Below, one piece after another: positions 17,589 to 28,323 of a stretch of DNA of 64,000 nt. Below the pieces are notes generated by a model. The model was not told the origin of the DNA. It made no database searches and saw only the letters and a program-made list of their open reading frames with translations. A program made the translations under genes and the position numbers. The stretch covers positions 5,273,007-5,337,006 of the forward strand of contig OZ245851.1 in NCBI GenBank assembly GCA_965228975.1. The letters are read 5' to 3'. The stretch's first letter is position 1. Each line of letters opens with the position of its first letter. The DNA is from Alphaproteobacteria bacterium. GTDB lineage: Bacteria; Pseudomonadota; Alphaproteobacteria; UBA8366.

Positions 17589-19877
17589 ATGGAACAATCA
17601 GGAACGGTGGTCATGGAAAATTTGACCGGCATTTCCCAAGAAATCTGGGACATGAAATACCGGTTCCGGGCGCCCGGCGGGGAGCACGCCGAGCAATCCA
17701 TCGAGGACAGCTGGGACCGCGTGGCACGTGCGCTCGCGGCACCGGAGGCCGACCCGGAACGGTGGACGCGCGAATTTCGTGCGGCGATGGACGGATTCCA
17801 ATTCCTGCCCGCGGGCCGAATTCTGGCCGGGGCGGGCACCGACCGGTCGGTCACGCTGTTCAACTGTTTCGTCATGGGGATTATCCCCGACGACATGGGT
17901 GGCATTTTCGAACATTTGCGCGAAGCCGCGCTCACCATGCAGCAGGGCGGCGGTATCGGGTACGACTTCTCGACGTTGCGTCCGGCGGGTGCGCCGGTTC
18001 GCGGCGTCGGCGCCGATGCATCCGGCCCCCTCAGCTTCATGGACGTCTGGGATTCCATGTGCCGCACCATCATGAGCGCGGGTTCCCGGCGCGGTGCGAT
18101 GATGGCGACGCTGCGCTGCGATCATCCGGATATCGAAGACTTCATTTCTGCCAAACGGCAGCCCGACAGGCTGCGCATGTTCAACCTGTCGGTGCTGGTG
18201 ACCGACGCCTTCATGGCGGCCGTGGACGCGGACGCGCCGTGGGACCTTGTCTTCGGTGGTCATGTCTATAAGACGGTCGGCGCGCGTGACCTTTGGGACC
18301 GAGTCATGCGCGCGACATATGATTACGCCGAACCCGGCGTGATCTTCATCGACCGGGTCAACCAGCGGAACAACCTGCATTACTGCGAGACGATCCAGGC
18401 GACCAATCCCTGCGGCGAGCAGCCGCTGCCGCCTTATGGTGCTTGCGATTTGGGGTCGCTCAACCTGACGCGGTTCGTGCGCAACCCGTTCACGCCCGAG
18501 GCGCGATTCGATCTCGGGACCGTCGAACGGCTGGTCCCGACGGCGGTGCGTATGCTCGACAACGTGATCGAGGTTTCCGCCTTTCCGTTGGAGGCGCAAC
18601 GGCAGGAAGCCGTCGCCAAGCGCCGCATCGGCCTCGGTGTCACGGGCCTGGCGGACGCATTGATCATGTGCGGTCTACGGTATGGCGGCGCCGAAGCGGT
18701 AGCGGCGACACGCCGTTGGATGGCGGCGATCCAGCGCTCGGCCTATCGGGCCTCGATCGACCTGGCGGCGGAGAAGGGCGCTTTCCCGCTTTTCGACCGG
18801 GATGCGTATCTCGCCGGCGAATCGGTTGCCGCCCTTGAGCCGGCGCTGCGCTCCGCGATCGCCGAACATGGCATCCGCAACGCGCTGGTCACCTCGATCG
18901 CGCCGACCGGCACGATCTCCCTGCTGGCCGGGAATGTATCGTCGGGCATCGAGCCGGTGTTTCGCTACGAGTACAGCCGAAGCGTGCTGCTCCCAGACGG
19001 TCGTCGCGAGCAGCGCAACGTGGCCGATTATGCGTGGGCGCGGTATCGCGAGATTCACGGCGCGGACGCGACGTTGCCGGACAACTTCGTCGACGCCCAG
19101 ACGCTTGCGCCGGAAGACCATCTCGCCATGCAGGCGGCGGTTCAGGACTATGTCGACAGCTCGATCTCCAAAACGATCAACCTGCCCGCCGAGATTTCGT
19201 TCAACGCCTTCAAGGACGTGTATCGCCGGGCCTATGCGCTCGGGTGCAAGGGCTGTACGACCTATCGGCCGAACGAGGTCACCGGATCGGTCTTGTCGGT
19301 CGAATCCGGTGCGGCCCGGACGGCGGAGAGTCCTGGCGACGGCGGCGTGGTGTATATGGCGCAACCTTTGGAGCGCCCGGAATCGCTGGCCGGTAGCACC
19401 TATAAGCTGGTCTGGCCCGACAGCGACCATGCCATCTACATCACCGTCAACGACATTGCCGACGGCGATCGCCGGCGCCCGTTCGAGGTATTCATCAATT
19501 CCAAGAACATGGAGCATTACGCCTGGACGGTGGCGTTGACGCGGATGATCAGCGCGGTGTTCCGCCGGGGCGGGGACGTCTCCTTCGTGGTCGAGGAATT
19601 GAAGGCGGTCTTCGATCCGCGCGGCGGCCAATGGATGGAGGGCAAATATGTGCCGTCGCTGCTGGCCGCGATCGGCGGGGTGATCGAACGCCATATGATC
19701 GATATCGGCTTCATTAACATGCCGGTTGGGTCTTCCGACGGCGACGGGCCGCTCGGCCTGCAGAAGGCGGTGGGCGACATCGCGCACCGGCAATGCCCGA
19801 AATGCGGGGCGGCGAGTTTGATCCGCCAGGAAGGCTGCGACGTCTGCCTGTCCTGCAGCTATTCGAGATGCGCCTAG
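17589..19877 (+). CDS. nrdJ: Adenosylcobalamin-dependent (class II) ribonucleotide reductase
   Basis: 762 aa with an RNR catalytic core (NPCGEQPL, SIAPTGTISL) and a C-terminal Cys4 ribbon (CPKCGAASLIRQEGCDVCLSCSYSRC). An alternative start lies at 17613 (MENLTG). Confidence 0.85.
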   Translation: MEQSGTVVMENLTGISQEIWDMKYRFRAPGGEHAEQSIEDSWDRVARALAAPEADPERWTREFRAAMDGFQFLPAGRILAGAGTDRSVTLFNCFVMGIIPDDMGGIFEHLREAALTMQQGGGIGYDFSTLRPAGAPVRGVGADASGPLSFMDVWDSMCRTIMSAGSRRGAMMATLRCDHPDIEDFISAKRQPDRLRMFNLSVLVTDAFMAAVDADAPWDLVFGGHVYKTVGARDLWDRVMRATYDYAEPGVIFIDRVNQRNNLHYCETIQATNPCGEQPLPPYGACDLGSLNLTRFVRNPFTPEARFDLGTVERLVPTAVRMLDNVIEVSAFPLEAQRQEAVAKRRIGLGVTGLADALIMCGLRYGGAEAVAATRRWMAAIQRSAYRASIDLAAEKGAFPLFDRDAYLAGESVAALEPALRSAIAEHGIRNALVTSIAPTGTISLLAGNVSSGIEPVFRYEYSRSVLLPDGRREQRNVADYAWARYREIHGADATLPDNFVDAQTLAPEDHLAMQAAVQDYVDSSISKTINLPAEISFNAFKDVYRRAYALGCKGCTTYRPNEVTGSVLSVESGAARTAESPGDGGVVYMAQPLERPESLAGSTYKLVWPDSDHAIYITVNDIADGDRRRPFEVFINSKNMEHYAWTVALTRMISAVFRRGGDVSFVVEELKAVFDPRGGQWMEGKYVPSLLAAIGGVIERHMIDIGFINMPVGSSDGDGPLGLQKAVGDIAHRQCPKCGAASLIRQEGCDVCLSCSYSRCA

Positions 19878-19881
19878 GCGG

Positions 19882-22389
19882 TTACGGCCCCTCTGGATCG
19901 GGTTTCGGGCCGGGTGCCTGTTCGGCATCCCGCGGTTGGCCGGTTTTCGCGGCGGGCGCCATATGCACGACATGCTGCGGAAACGGGATCTCGACCCCTT
20001 CCTCGCGGAAGCGGCGGTCGATCATATAGCGGATCTCCGTCGCGACCCGCAGCCGCCGGATGACGTCGCCGACGTAAAAGCGGAGTTCGAAATCTAGACT
20101 GCTATTGCCGAAATTCATAAACAGGACGAAGGGTTCGGGGAATGCGAGCACCTCGTCGCACGCCTTCGCGCATTCCAGCAGGATATCGCGGACTTTTTCC
20201 GTGTCCGAGCCGTAGGCGACACCGACGGGAATGTCGACGCGGCCGAGATTATCCTTGTGCGTCCAGTTCGTAACAGAATTGGAGAGCAGTTCCGCGTTGG
20301 GAATAATGACCGATGCGCGCTGAAAGGTCTCGATTTCGGTCGCCCGCACGCTGATCCGCTTGACGCGGCCCTCGTTCGTACCAACGACCACCCAGTCGCC
20401 GACCTGAATCGGCCGTTCGATCAACAGGATCAGGCCCGAGACGAAATTGTTCACGACATTCTGCAGGCCGAAGCCGATGCCGACGGACAAGGCGCCCGCG
20501 ATCAGGGCGATGTTCGACAGGTCGAGGCCCAGCGTCGACAACATCAGCGTGATCGCCAGGATGATGCCGATATAGCCGAACCCGGCGGCAAGCGAATGCT
20601 GTACCCCGACCGCGAGGCGGGTTTCCGGCAGGATCCGATCCGCCAAGGCGCGCTGCAGCACCCGGGTGATGCCAAGGACGATTGCGAAGACCAGCAGCGA
20701 CGTCACGATATCGGTGATCGATATCGTGACGCTGCCGACCTCGAAGCCGGTCAGCGCCCTGCCGCTCAACCGCGACAGGTCATCCGCCGGCACGCCCCAT
20801 ACGATCAGCATCAAGACGCCGCCGCCGATGATGAGCGCCGCATCCAACAATGCGCGTGCCCAGAACTTCATAGCGCTGCGCGTGGTATGCGGTAGTCCCA
20901 AGTGGCGTTTGGCCACCACGGACCGCAGACCCATCCCGACCAGTTCGCGCAACAGGCCGCGCACCAGGAAGAGCATGGCGGCGATCGCGGCGCTGGTGAT
21001 CAGGGCTTCGTTGACATGGTCGCCGAGGCGCGGGTACCCGGCCAGAAAAGCGATGATCCCCCCGAACGCGATAACACCGATGATAATGCGGAGCCCCGCC
21101 CAGAAGCGGCTGACCTTTGGTTCCGCCGGCGTGGCGGCGGTTGTCGCGGGCGCTTGGTCGGGCGCCGCCTCTTCGGGGACCGGTTCCCACAGGCTGCGGA
21201 GCAACAGCAGCAAGATCAGAAGGTTCTCGACTGTGCCGAACAGGGCGCCCTGGACCGACCAGAATGCCTGGGACAGGCCGAGCGGCCGGGCGCTTTCGCG
21301 GATGAAGAAATCGGCTGCGATGATTCCGACGATCAGGATGGTGCGGCGCCCGATGATGACCGCGTTCCGCCGCTTCAGCGTTGTGAGCTGCCAGGCCGGC
21401 ATGTCCGGGGCGAGCACCGCCTGCACGAGGGCGACCGCCAGAAAAAGGAAGATCATGGCACTGCAGAATGCCGTCAGCGTATCCAGCAGGTATCCCGTTA
21501 TCCGCGCGTCGTCGCTTTGAATGCGCAACAGGATGGCGGCGAAAAAGAGCGCTGGAACGATGCCTCGGGCGATGCATTCGGCGAAAGCGGAGAAGAAGCG
21601 CCGTGAATAACTCGGGTCGTCATTGGTCGGGTCGCGGCCGAAGCGCCCCAGAATCCATCGCCGGAGCAGCATGCCCGCGACCAAGGCAAGCGCGATCAAC
21701 GCGAGACCGACCAGAAGGCCGCCGATTTTCCGGTTCTCCGGCGGGAGGGATCGCCACCATACCTTCGGTGCATTCACCAGTTCGGTGGCAAGCTGCCAGT
21801 AGTCGTCGATTGCGGCCTCGAGGGTGCCGGGCAGATAGGGCAAGGGCATGCGCGTGAGCAGGTCGACCACCAATAGGGTGGTCGTCGCCTTCGACAGCCG
21901 GTCGTCGAGCTGATCGGCCCGCGCTCGGGCGAGCTGCGCCTGTTGCACACGGGCCTTGTAGTCGGCGATATCCCGGTTGTACTGCGCGCGTTTCAGTTTC
22001 ACCGAATCGGGTTCGGCCGCATCGGTGTCGCTGGGCTCGGCGCCGAGTGTCGCCAGCAGTTGTTCGGCGGCGGTGAGGTCTTCCTCCGCCCGTTTCTCCA
22101 CGGCGGAGGTTTCCTGCCGCAACCGCACCAGCAATGCGCGAAGCTGTTTCGTCTTTTCTTCCGAGTAAGACGGCTGCTTGAGATACCGTTCGACGCTTTC
22201 GAGGCTCCGGTTCCAATCGATAAGGATGCGGGCGAAGGGGCGGGTGGGTTGCGTGTCCTGGGCCACCGTATCGGTGATCGGCAGCGCAAACACCAACGCG
22301 AGCATGAAAAGCCGGAAGATCCATCCGGCTATTGTCCGATGACCCCCTGTGCGGCCCGCGGCTCCCATTCCGTTCCCTTCCTTCTGCAA
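19882..22389 (-). CDS. MscK/KefA-like large mechanosensitive channel (MscS family)
   Basis: 835 aa: signal sequence, ~200-aa coiled-coil periplasmic region, about 10 TM helices, and a C-terminal MscS core (PIQVGDWVVVGTNEGRVKRISVRATEI). Confidence 0.85.
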   Translation of the reverse strand: MQKEGNGMGAAGRTGGHRTIAGWIFRLFMLALVFALPITDTVAQDTQPTRPFARILIDWNRSLESVERYLKQPSYSEEKTKQLRALLVRLRQETSAVEKRAEEDLTAAEQLLATLGAEPSDTDAAEPDSVKLKRAQYNRDIADYKARVQQAQLARARADQLDDRLSKATTTLLVVDLLTRMPLPYLPGTLEAAIDDYWQLATELVNAPKVWWRSLPPENRKIGGLLVGLALIALALVAGMLLRRWILGRFGRDPTNDDPSYSRRFFSAFAECIARGIVPALFFAAILLRIQSDDARITGYLLDTLTAFCSAMIFLFLAVALVQAVLAPDMPAWQLTTLKRRNAVIIGRRTILIVGIIAADFFIRESARPLGLSQAFWSVQGALFGTVENLLILLLLLRSLWEPVPEEAAPDQAPATTAATPAEPKVSRFWAGLRIIIGVIAFGGIIAFLAGYPRLGDHVNEALITSAAIAAMLFLVRGLLRELVGMGLRSVVAKRHLGLPHTTRSAMKFWARALLDAALIIGGGVLMLIVWGVPADDLSRLSGRALTGFEVGSVTISITDIVTSLLVFAIVLGITRVLQRALADRILPETRLAVGVQHSLAAGFGYIGIILAITLMLSTLGLDLSNIALIAGALSVGIGFGLQNVVNNFVSGLILLIERPIQVGDWVVVGTNEGRVKRISVRATEIETFQRASVIIPNAELLSNSVTNWTHKDNLGRVDIPVGVAYGSDTEKVRDILLECAKACDEVLAFPEPFVLFMNFGNSSLDFELRFYVGDVIRRLRVATEIRYMIDRRFREEGVEIPFPQHVVHMAPAAKTGQPRDAEQAPGPKPDPEGP

Positions 22390-22410
22390 CGAGGTCGTCG
22401 CGGTAACGCG

Positions 22411-22992
22411 TTATTTCGCCGCGTCGACCAGTGGCAGCAGCTCGTGAATCGGGCCCGCCGAGATTCCGAAAGCCCGCAGATGCTCGATAGTACTGATAAG
22501 ATAGTCACGATTCGAGCCTCTACCGCCATGGGCCGCGCGGATGACCGCCGCGGCGTCCGCGGGCGCAAGCCGACCGGCATAGCTTTCGTCCCGCCGGTCG
22601 GCGACGAATGTGATGCCGGGAACGCGCGCACCGTCGACGATGACGCGTACGGCACGCGGCAGATAGGCGTAGCGGATCATTTCCCGGTCCCAAAGATAAT
22701 CGAGCACGGAATCGGCGATGCGCCGGTCGACGCGAAACGCCATGCCACGGCAGCACCCACCCCAATCCAGGGCGAGCACGAGGCCGGGCCGCTCCGGCGT
22801 GCCCCGGTGCCGTTTCGAATACATGCAGAAGGACCGGTGATAGCCGTGCAGCAGTGCGGGTTTTGCGGCGACGTGGTCGAAGCCTGGATCCCACATCAGC
22901 GAGCCGTAACCGAAGACCCAGAAGTCGCCGGTTGCCGGCAGAAGCGTGTGCAGCGTTTCGGGCGTTACGGCATTGTCATTCGGCATGGTCAC
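22411..22992 (-). CDS. chaC: ChaC-family gamma-glutamylcyclotransferase
   Basis: FGYGSLMWDPGF motif near the N-terminus; 193 aa. Confidence 0.85.
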   Translation of the reverse strand: MTMPNDNAVTPETLHTLLPATGDFWVFGYGSLMWDPGFDHVAAKPALLHGYHRSFCMYSKRHRGTPERPGLVLALDWGGCCRGMAFRVDRRIADSVLDYLWDREMIRYAYLPRAVRVIVDGARVPGITFVADRRDESYAGRLAPADAAAVIRAAHGGRGSNRDYLISTIEHLRAFGISAGPIHELLPLVDAAK

Positions 22993-23063
22993 CGGTTTTC
23001 GTTTCCGTTGGAGGCCGGATGGGTGGTTGGATGCTTTACCCTGAAGCGCGCGACTTATAAGTA

Positions 23064-24125
23064 TTGCCGAGCATCATGTCCATGTTTCTGAGACCCGTCC
23101 TGTTGGGCCCGACCTTGTTGATCCTGCTTCTCGGGGTCGGCTATCCGCTGTTCTGGTTCTTCGTGGCCGGCCGAGTCGAGGACGGGTTCCTGCGTTGGCG
23201 CGATACCCAGAACGAGAAGGGCTATATCGTCGAGCATGGTCCGCTTGCGGTTCAGGGCTTTCCCGGCGCCGTCCGGCTCGTGATCGACGCGCCGGCCATC
23301 GCCTCGACGAAGGATGGCTGGTCGATCAAGTCATCCCAAGCCGATTTCGAGATACAGCCATGGAATTGGCGGCGATATCGGGTCGAAGCATCCGGACCGC
23401 ATCATCTGGTCGGCATCGTGCAGGGGCGGCCGTTGCAGGTCGTTGCGGCGACGGGCTCGGCGTGGTTCATCGGTCATTTGAACGACCGGGGTCGGATGGC
23501 CGAAGGTGTTGCTGAAATTCGGGATTTGCGGGTGCGCGAGCCCGGTGGCGGACAACTGTCCGCGACCAAGCATGCCCAGGCCCGGCTCCGATGGCTGGAT
23601 GACGTGGCGCGTCCGCCGCCATTCGACCTAACGATCCAGGCGTCGAATACGCAGCTGGCGACGAAAATCGGCGGGCCGCTCGGGACGGACCTGCGAACAG
23701 TTCGGGTTTCCGGGACACTCAACGGCAACCCGCCCGGCAAGCTTGAGCGCGACGCCCTCGACGCCTGGCGGCAAGACGGCGGCACGATCGATATCCGCCA
23801 AGTCGTATTGGGATGGGGTGCGCTGGATGTGTCGGCGAACGGTACGCTGGCGCTCGATGCCGCGTTGCGCCCGTTGGGTGCGTTCACGACGGAGCTGCAA
23901 GGGCATCGCGCCCTGCTGGCGGCGCTGGAACAGGGCGGAACGCTGCGGCGGAAGGAAGCATCAGCGGCGCGTTTGGCGCTCGATCTGTTGTCGAAGCCAA
24001 GCGGTAACGGGGATGGCCGGCGGGTCGTGACGGTGCCGTTGACGGCGCAGCGGGGGCGGCTCTATCTCGGGCCGGTCCGGTTGTTGAAACTGCCGCCTAT
24101 TCTTCCTCCCGCTCCGTCGGGTTGA
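23064..24125 (+). CDS. DUF2125-like membrane-anchored protein
   Basis: N-terminal TM helix followed by WFFVAGRVEDGFLRW...GFPGAVRLVID, the pattern I associate with alphaproteobacterial DUF2125. The start is a TTG at 23064, with ATG alternatives at 23076 and 23082. Confidence 0.6.
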   Translation: MPSIMSMFLRPVLLGPTLLILLLGVGYPLFWFFVAGRVEDGFLRWRDTQNEKGYIVEHGPLAVQGFPGAVRLVIDAPAIASTKDGWSIKSSQADFEIQPWNWRRYRVEASGPHHLVGIVQGRPLQVVAATGSAWFIGHLNDRGRMAEGVAEIRDLRVREPGGGQLSATKHAQARLRWLDDVARPPPFDLTIQASNTQLATKIGGPLGTDLRTVRVSGTLNGNPPGKLERDALDAWRQDGGTIDIRQVVLGWGALDVSANGTLALDAALRPLGAFTTELQGHRALLAALEQGGTLRRKEASAARLALDLLSKPSGNGDGRRVVTVPLTAQRGRLYLGPVRLLKLPPILPPAPSG

Positions 24126-25053
24126 ACGAGCCGGCCTGCTTCATATCGATCACGTCACGCCGGACCGCGCGGGTGCGGGTGAAGAATTCCTCCAGCGCGT
24201 CGCCCTCGCCCCACCGGATCGCGCGTTGCAGGGCGGTCAGGTCCTCGACGAAGCGGCCGAGCAGTTCGAGCACCGCTTCGCGGTTGTTCAGGAAGATATC
24301 GCGCCACATCACCGGGTCCGACGCGGCGATCCGGGTGAAGTCGCGGAACCCGCCGGCGGAGTATTTGATAACTTCCCGTGTTTCGATGAGGTCGCCGTTC
24401 TCGGTATCCTCGCGGCGAAGTTGGTTCTCCAGGTCGCTGGCGGTTCCGACGATCGTATAGGCGATCAGATGCGGCAGATGCGACGTGATGCCGAGAACCC
24501 GGTCGTGATGATGCGCTTCCAGAATCTCGACCTTGCTGCCGGCGCGCTGCCAGAGGGCCGAGACACGGTCGATGGCTTTCTGATCGGTGCCGGCCGGCGG
24601 GGTCAGGATGCAGTAGCGGTCCTCGAACAGTTCGGGAAAGCCCGATTCCGGTCCTGAATGTTCGGTACCCGCGACGGGATGACCGGGCACGAGATGAACG
24701 CCGTCCGGCAGATACGGGCCGACGTCGCGAATCACCGCCATCTTTACCGAACCGACATCGGTCACCGTAGCGCCGCGTTTGAGCGCCGGGCCTATTGCTT
24801 CCGCGACCGTGGCGTTGGCGCCGACGGGCACGCAGAGGACGATCAAGTCCGCATCGGCCGCGGCCTCGGCCGCCGTCTCGTGGACGCTGTCGAGAAAGCC
24901 GATCTTCATCGCCGTATCGCGCGTTGCCGCGCTGCGGGCATGGCCGGCGACGTGGCCGGCGAGGCCGTCGCGCTTGATGCGGTGGCAGAGCGACGATCCG
25001 ATCAGGCCAAGGCCGATGACCGCGACCCGGTCGTAGAGGGGCGTTTCGCTCAT
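24097..25053 (-). CDS. tyrC: Prephenate/arogenate dehydrogenase
   Basis: VAVIGLGLIGSSL NAD-binding fold and GHPVAGTEHSGP catalytic region. Downstream of hisC with a 4-nt overlap. Confidence 0.85.
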   Translation of the reverse strand: MSETPLYDRVAVIGLGLIGSSLCHRIKRDGLAGHVAGHARSAATRDTAMKIGFLDSVHETAAEAAADADLIVLCVPVGANATVAEAIGPALKRGATVTDVGSVKMAVIRDVGPYLPDGVHLVPGHPVAGTEHSGPESGFPELFEDRYCILTPPAGTDQKAIDRVSALWQRAGSKVEILEAHHHDRVLGITSHLPHLIAYTIVGTASDLENQLRREDTENGDLIETREVIKYSAGGFRDFTRIAASDPVMWRDIFLNNREAVLELLGRFVEDLTALQRAIRWGEGDALEEFFTRTRAVRRDVIDMKQAGSFNPTEREEE

Positions 25054-26138
25054 GACCGCCCCAGATGTTCCGCCAAGCCGTCGGTCAGCGCCTTCATCTC
25101 GTCCTCGAGGCCGACCGAAATCCGTAAACAGTCGGGCAGGTCATAGCTGCCCATCTTGCGCGTGATGATCCCCTTGCGCAGCAGGAACTCATAGGCTTCG
25201 GTCGCGCCGGCGATGTCGGCGAACTGGACCAGCACAAAATTTCCGACCGATGGATGTGCAGTCAGGCCGAGGCCGCCAAGCGCGGTGGTCAGCCATGGCA
25301 ACCATTTGTCGTTGTGCTGGAGGCTGGCATCAATATGCGCGGTATCTTCGATCGCGGCGATTCCCGCGGATTGCGCGGCGGCGTTGACGTTGAACGGGCC
25401 GCGCAGCCGGTTCAGCACGTCGGCGATCTCCCCCGGGCAGTACGCCCATCCAAGTCGCAGCGCCGCCAGGCCGAAGATCTTCGAAAACGTGCGGGTCATG
25501 ACGACATTGTCATGCCGGTCGACGAGGTCGTTGCCGGCTGTGTAATCGTTCCGCGTGACGTATTCCGCGTAGGCGGAGTCGATGACCAGTAGGATGTCAT
25601 CGCGCAGTCCGTCGCGGAGCCGCTGTAACTCGTCGACGGGCAAGTAGCTGCCGGTCGGATTGTTCGGGTTGGCCAGGAACACCATCCGTGTGCGGTCGGT
25701 CACCTTGGACAGCAGGGCGTCGACATCCGCCGTCAGCACCTTTTCCGGCGCCGCGATAGGTGTCGCGCCGACGCCGCGGGCGAAGATCGGATAGATCGAA
25801 AAGCCATGCCGGCTGTACAGCACTTCGTCGCCGGGGCCGGCATAGGCCCGCATCAGGATTTGCAGCACTTCGTCCGAGCCGGCGCCGCAGACGATCCGGG
25901 TGGCGTCGCAGCCGAAGCGTTGCCCGATGGCGGCGCGCAGGTCGGTGGCGTGTCCGTCCGGATAGCGGTGCAGCTGGCGCGATCCTGCTTCATACGCCGC
26001 GATAGCCTTCGGGCTCGGGCCAAGCGGCGTTTCGTTCGACGCCAGCACGATTACCCGTTCCACGCCGTCGACGCTGTGCAAACCGCCGACGTAGGGCTCG
26101 ATATCCAGGACTCCGGGGCGGGGTGTGGGCGTCGTCAT
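25050..26138 (-). CDS. hisC: Histidinol-phosphate aminotransferase
   Basis: PLP-lysine region RTFSKIFGLAALRLGW and an NPNNPTG motif; 362 aa. Confidence 0.9.
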   Translation of the reverse strand: MTTPTPRPGVLDIEPYVGGLHSVDGVERVIVLASNETPLGPSPKAIAAYEAGSRQLHRYPDGHATDLRAAIGQRFGCDATRIVCGAGSDEVLQILMRAYAGPGDEVLYSRHGFSIYPIFARGVGATPIAAPEKVLTADVDALLSKVTDRTRMVFLANPNNPTGSYLPVDELQRLRDGLRDDILLVIDSAYAEYVTRNDYTAGNDLVDRHDNVVMTRTFSKIFGLAALRLGWAYCPGEIADVLNRLRGPFNVNAAAQSAGIAAIEDTAHIDASLQHNDKWLPWLTTALGGLGLTAHPSVGNFVLVQFADIAGATEAYEFLLRKGIITRKMGSYDLPDCLRISVGLEDEMKALTDGLAEHLGRS

Positions 26139-27010
26139 GATTCGAGTCCGGGAACTTCGGATTTCTCGAGAGGGGCCGCATAGGCGCCGACGATAATGCA
26201 GCGGTCGACGGCCTCCAGTTTTCCGAGCTCCTCCAATTGCGGGTCGGCGTCGGTGAGGAAACCGTCCGCTTCGATCAGATAGTACCAGCCGCCGCCGTTA
26301 TGCGATGCGATGGGCTGGCCGGTGATCTGGACCTTTTCCAACAAGGTCGACAGACCGGCCCGGCTCAGCGCTTCGCCGGTTTCGATCACGATCAAGCTGC
26401 GGTCGTTCGCGCTTTCTTCCAGGACGATCCGGCCGACGGCGAAGGCTTCGAGCCTGCCTTCGCCGCCCGGCGTCGCGACACGCGGGCTGAACGGCAAGCG
26501 GTAGGAGACGCGCAATCCATCCTGGACCGCCAGATTGATCCACCAAGGGTCGTCGTCGCCCTCGCGCGGGCACGGCAGCACGCCGACCACGGCCTTCTTG
26601 TCCGATACCTCGCCCAGGACCTCGCGCGCGCTGCCGAAGGCGGTCATCGGCGTCGCGCTGCCGAATTGGTCGCGCGCCAGATCCCAGCAGCCCGGTGTCG
26701 CCGGGCCGGGGTAGACCGCGACGGCGTATTCCGGCATCTCCATCCGCGTGATGTTGGCGATGATTTCGCGCCAGATGCGGGCGATCGCCGGGAAGGGGAA
26801 GTTGCCGTCATGGCGGGCGGCCAGCGCGCGCATGATGTCCGCTTCGCGGCCCGGGCGTACCGTGGTGACGGAGTCCCGTGCCTTGACCATGCGAATTCGT
26901 TCGACCAAGGCGGCGCGGCGCATGATCAGTCCATGCATTTCCGCATCGATTGCGTCGATTTCGTTTCGAAGGTCCTGCAGCGAGGTTCCGCTTTCGTTCA
27001 TCGTTCCCAC
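26135..27010 (-). CDS. Chorismate mutase-domain protein (N-terminal CM_2 domain plus ~190-aa uncharacterised C-terminal domain)
   Basis: SLQDLRNEIDAIDAEMHGLIMRRAALVERI is a type II chorismate mutase helix pattern. 4-nt overlap with hisC. An ATG alternative start lies at 27001. Confidence 0.65.
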   Translation of the reverse strand: MGTMNESGTSLQDLRNEIDAIDAEMHGLIMRRAALVERIRMVKARDSVTTVRPGREADIMRALAARHDGNFPFPAIARIWREIIANITRMEMPEYAVAVYPGPATPGCWDLARDQFGSATPMTAFGSAREVLGEVSDKKAVVGVLPCPREGDDDPWWINLAVQDGLRVSYRLPFSPRVATPGGEGRLEAFAVGRIVLEESANDRSLIVIETGEALSRAGLSTLLEKVQITGQPIASHNGGGWYYLIEADGFLTDADPQLEELGKLEAVDRCIIVGAYAAPLEKSEVPGLES

Positions 27011-27194
27011 CTGTCTGAAAAGCCGCTAACTAGTAGTGCGAGATGTACCATAAATCAAAGAAAACATTGACACTGGCAGGCATCGGACCAAAAGTATCGC
27101 GCCCAAACCGACCTGTGAGGGTGGTCCGATTTCTGAACGCGTAAAATCGGCCGAAACGCCGCCGCTGAACGATCCGAGCGAACCGGACGCGAAA

Positions 27195-28322
27195 TTGCCC
27201 GGTCATCGCGTGCAGCTCGGCGTGGACGCCAAGCTGACGCTCGATTGCGGCGTTGAGCTCGGTCCGGTGCCCATGGCCTATTGCACCTATGGGACGCTGA
27301 ACGCCGAGCGCAGCAACGCGGTGCTGGTCTGCCATGCGCTGACCATGGATCAATATGTCGCCGATACCCACCCCATTACCGGCAAGCCCGGCTGGTGGGA
27401 AGATATCGTCGGCCCTGGTAAGGCGTTGGATACGAATAGATTTTTTGTCATTTGCGCCAATGTTCTCGGTGGCTGCCTCGGCACGCTCGGGCCGACCGAG
27501 ACCAATCCCGAGACCGGCAAACCCTATGCGCTGGATTTTCCCGTCATCACCATCGCCGACATGGTGCGGGCGCAGGTGATGCTGATCGATCACTTGGGCA
27601 TCGACCAGCTATTTTGCGTGATCGGTGGGTCGATGGGCGCGATGCAGGTGCTGGAATGGGCGTCCCGCTACAAGGACCGGGTGTTTTCCGCGATCCCGAT
27701 CGCCGGTGCGGCGCGCCATACGGCGCAGAATATCGCCTTTCACGAGGTCGGTCGGCAGGCCATCATGGCGGATCCGGACTGGCACGGCGGCGACTACGCC
27801 AGCCACGGAGTTTCGCCAAAAAGAGGGTTGGGCGTGGCGCGGATGACCGCGCATATCACCTACCTGTCCGAGGCGGCGCTGCATCAGAAGTTCGGCCGCA
27901 ATCTGCAGGACCGGGAGATGCCGAGTTTCGGATTCGACGCGGATTTCCAGGTCGAGAGCTATCTGCGCCATCAGGGTTCGACCTTCGTCGACCGGTTCGA
28001 CGCCAATTCCTATCTCTACATCACCCGGGCGATGGATTACTTCGATCTGGCTGCGGAGCATGGCGGTTCCTTGCCGATGGCGTTCGAAGGGACGGAGACC
28101 CGATTCTGCATCATCTCCTTCACCAGCGACTGGTTGTTCCCGACATCGGAGAACCGCGCCATCGTGCATGCGTTGAACGCGGTCGCCGCCAATGTCAGCT
28201 TCGTGGAGATCGAGAGCGATCAGGGGCATGACGCATTCCTGCTGGACGTGCCCGAGCTTCGCAAGGTGTTGACCGGTTTCATCAACGGTTGCGCCGAGCA
28301 CCACGGTCTCGGGCGTGCGTGA
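27195..28322 (+). CDS. metX: Homoserine O-acetyltransferase
   Basis: Nucleophile elbow GGSMGAMQ and [10 protein letters not shown]...GHDAFL C-terminal motifs. TTG start. A TTGACA hexamer at 27067 could serve as the -35 element. Confidence 0.9.
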   Translation: MPGHRVQLGVDAKLTLDCGVELGPVPMAYCTYGTLNAERSNAVLVCHALTMDQYVADTHPITGKPGWWEDIVGPGKALDTNRFFVICANVLGGCLGTLGPTETNPETGKPYALDFPVITIADMVRAQVMLIDHLGIDQLFCVIGGSMGAMQVLEWASRYKDRVFSAIPIAGAARHTAQNIAFHEVGRQAIMADPDWHGGDYASHGVSPKRGLGVARMTAHITYLSEAALHQKFGRNLQDREMPSFGFDADFQVESYLRHQGSTFVDRFDANSYLYITRAMDYFDLAAEHGGSLPMAFEGTETRFCIISFTSDWLFPTSENRAIVHALNAVAANVSFVEIESDQGHDAFLLDVPELRKVLTGFINGCAEHHGLGRA

Positions 28323-28323
28323 C

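Noticed and set aside
27011-27194. Possible SAM-II (or other SAM) riboswitch in the metX leader, including the hairpin CCGATTT...AAATCGG (~27126-27150)
   Set aside because: SAM-II elements are common upstream of alphaproteobacterial metX/metA. However, I could not find the conserved AAAGCU-type 3' strand or a convincing pseudoknot, only a generic hairpin. It needs an Infernal scan and is not claimed here.
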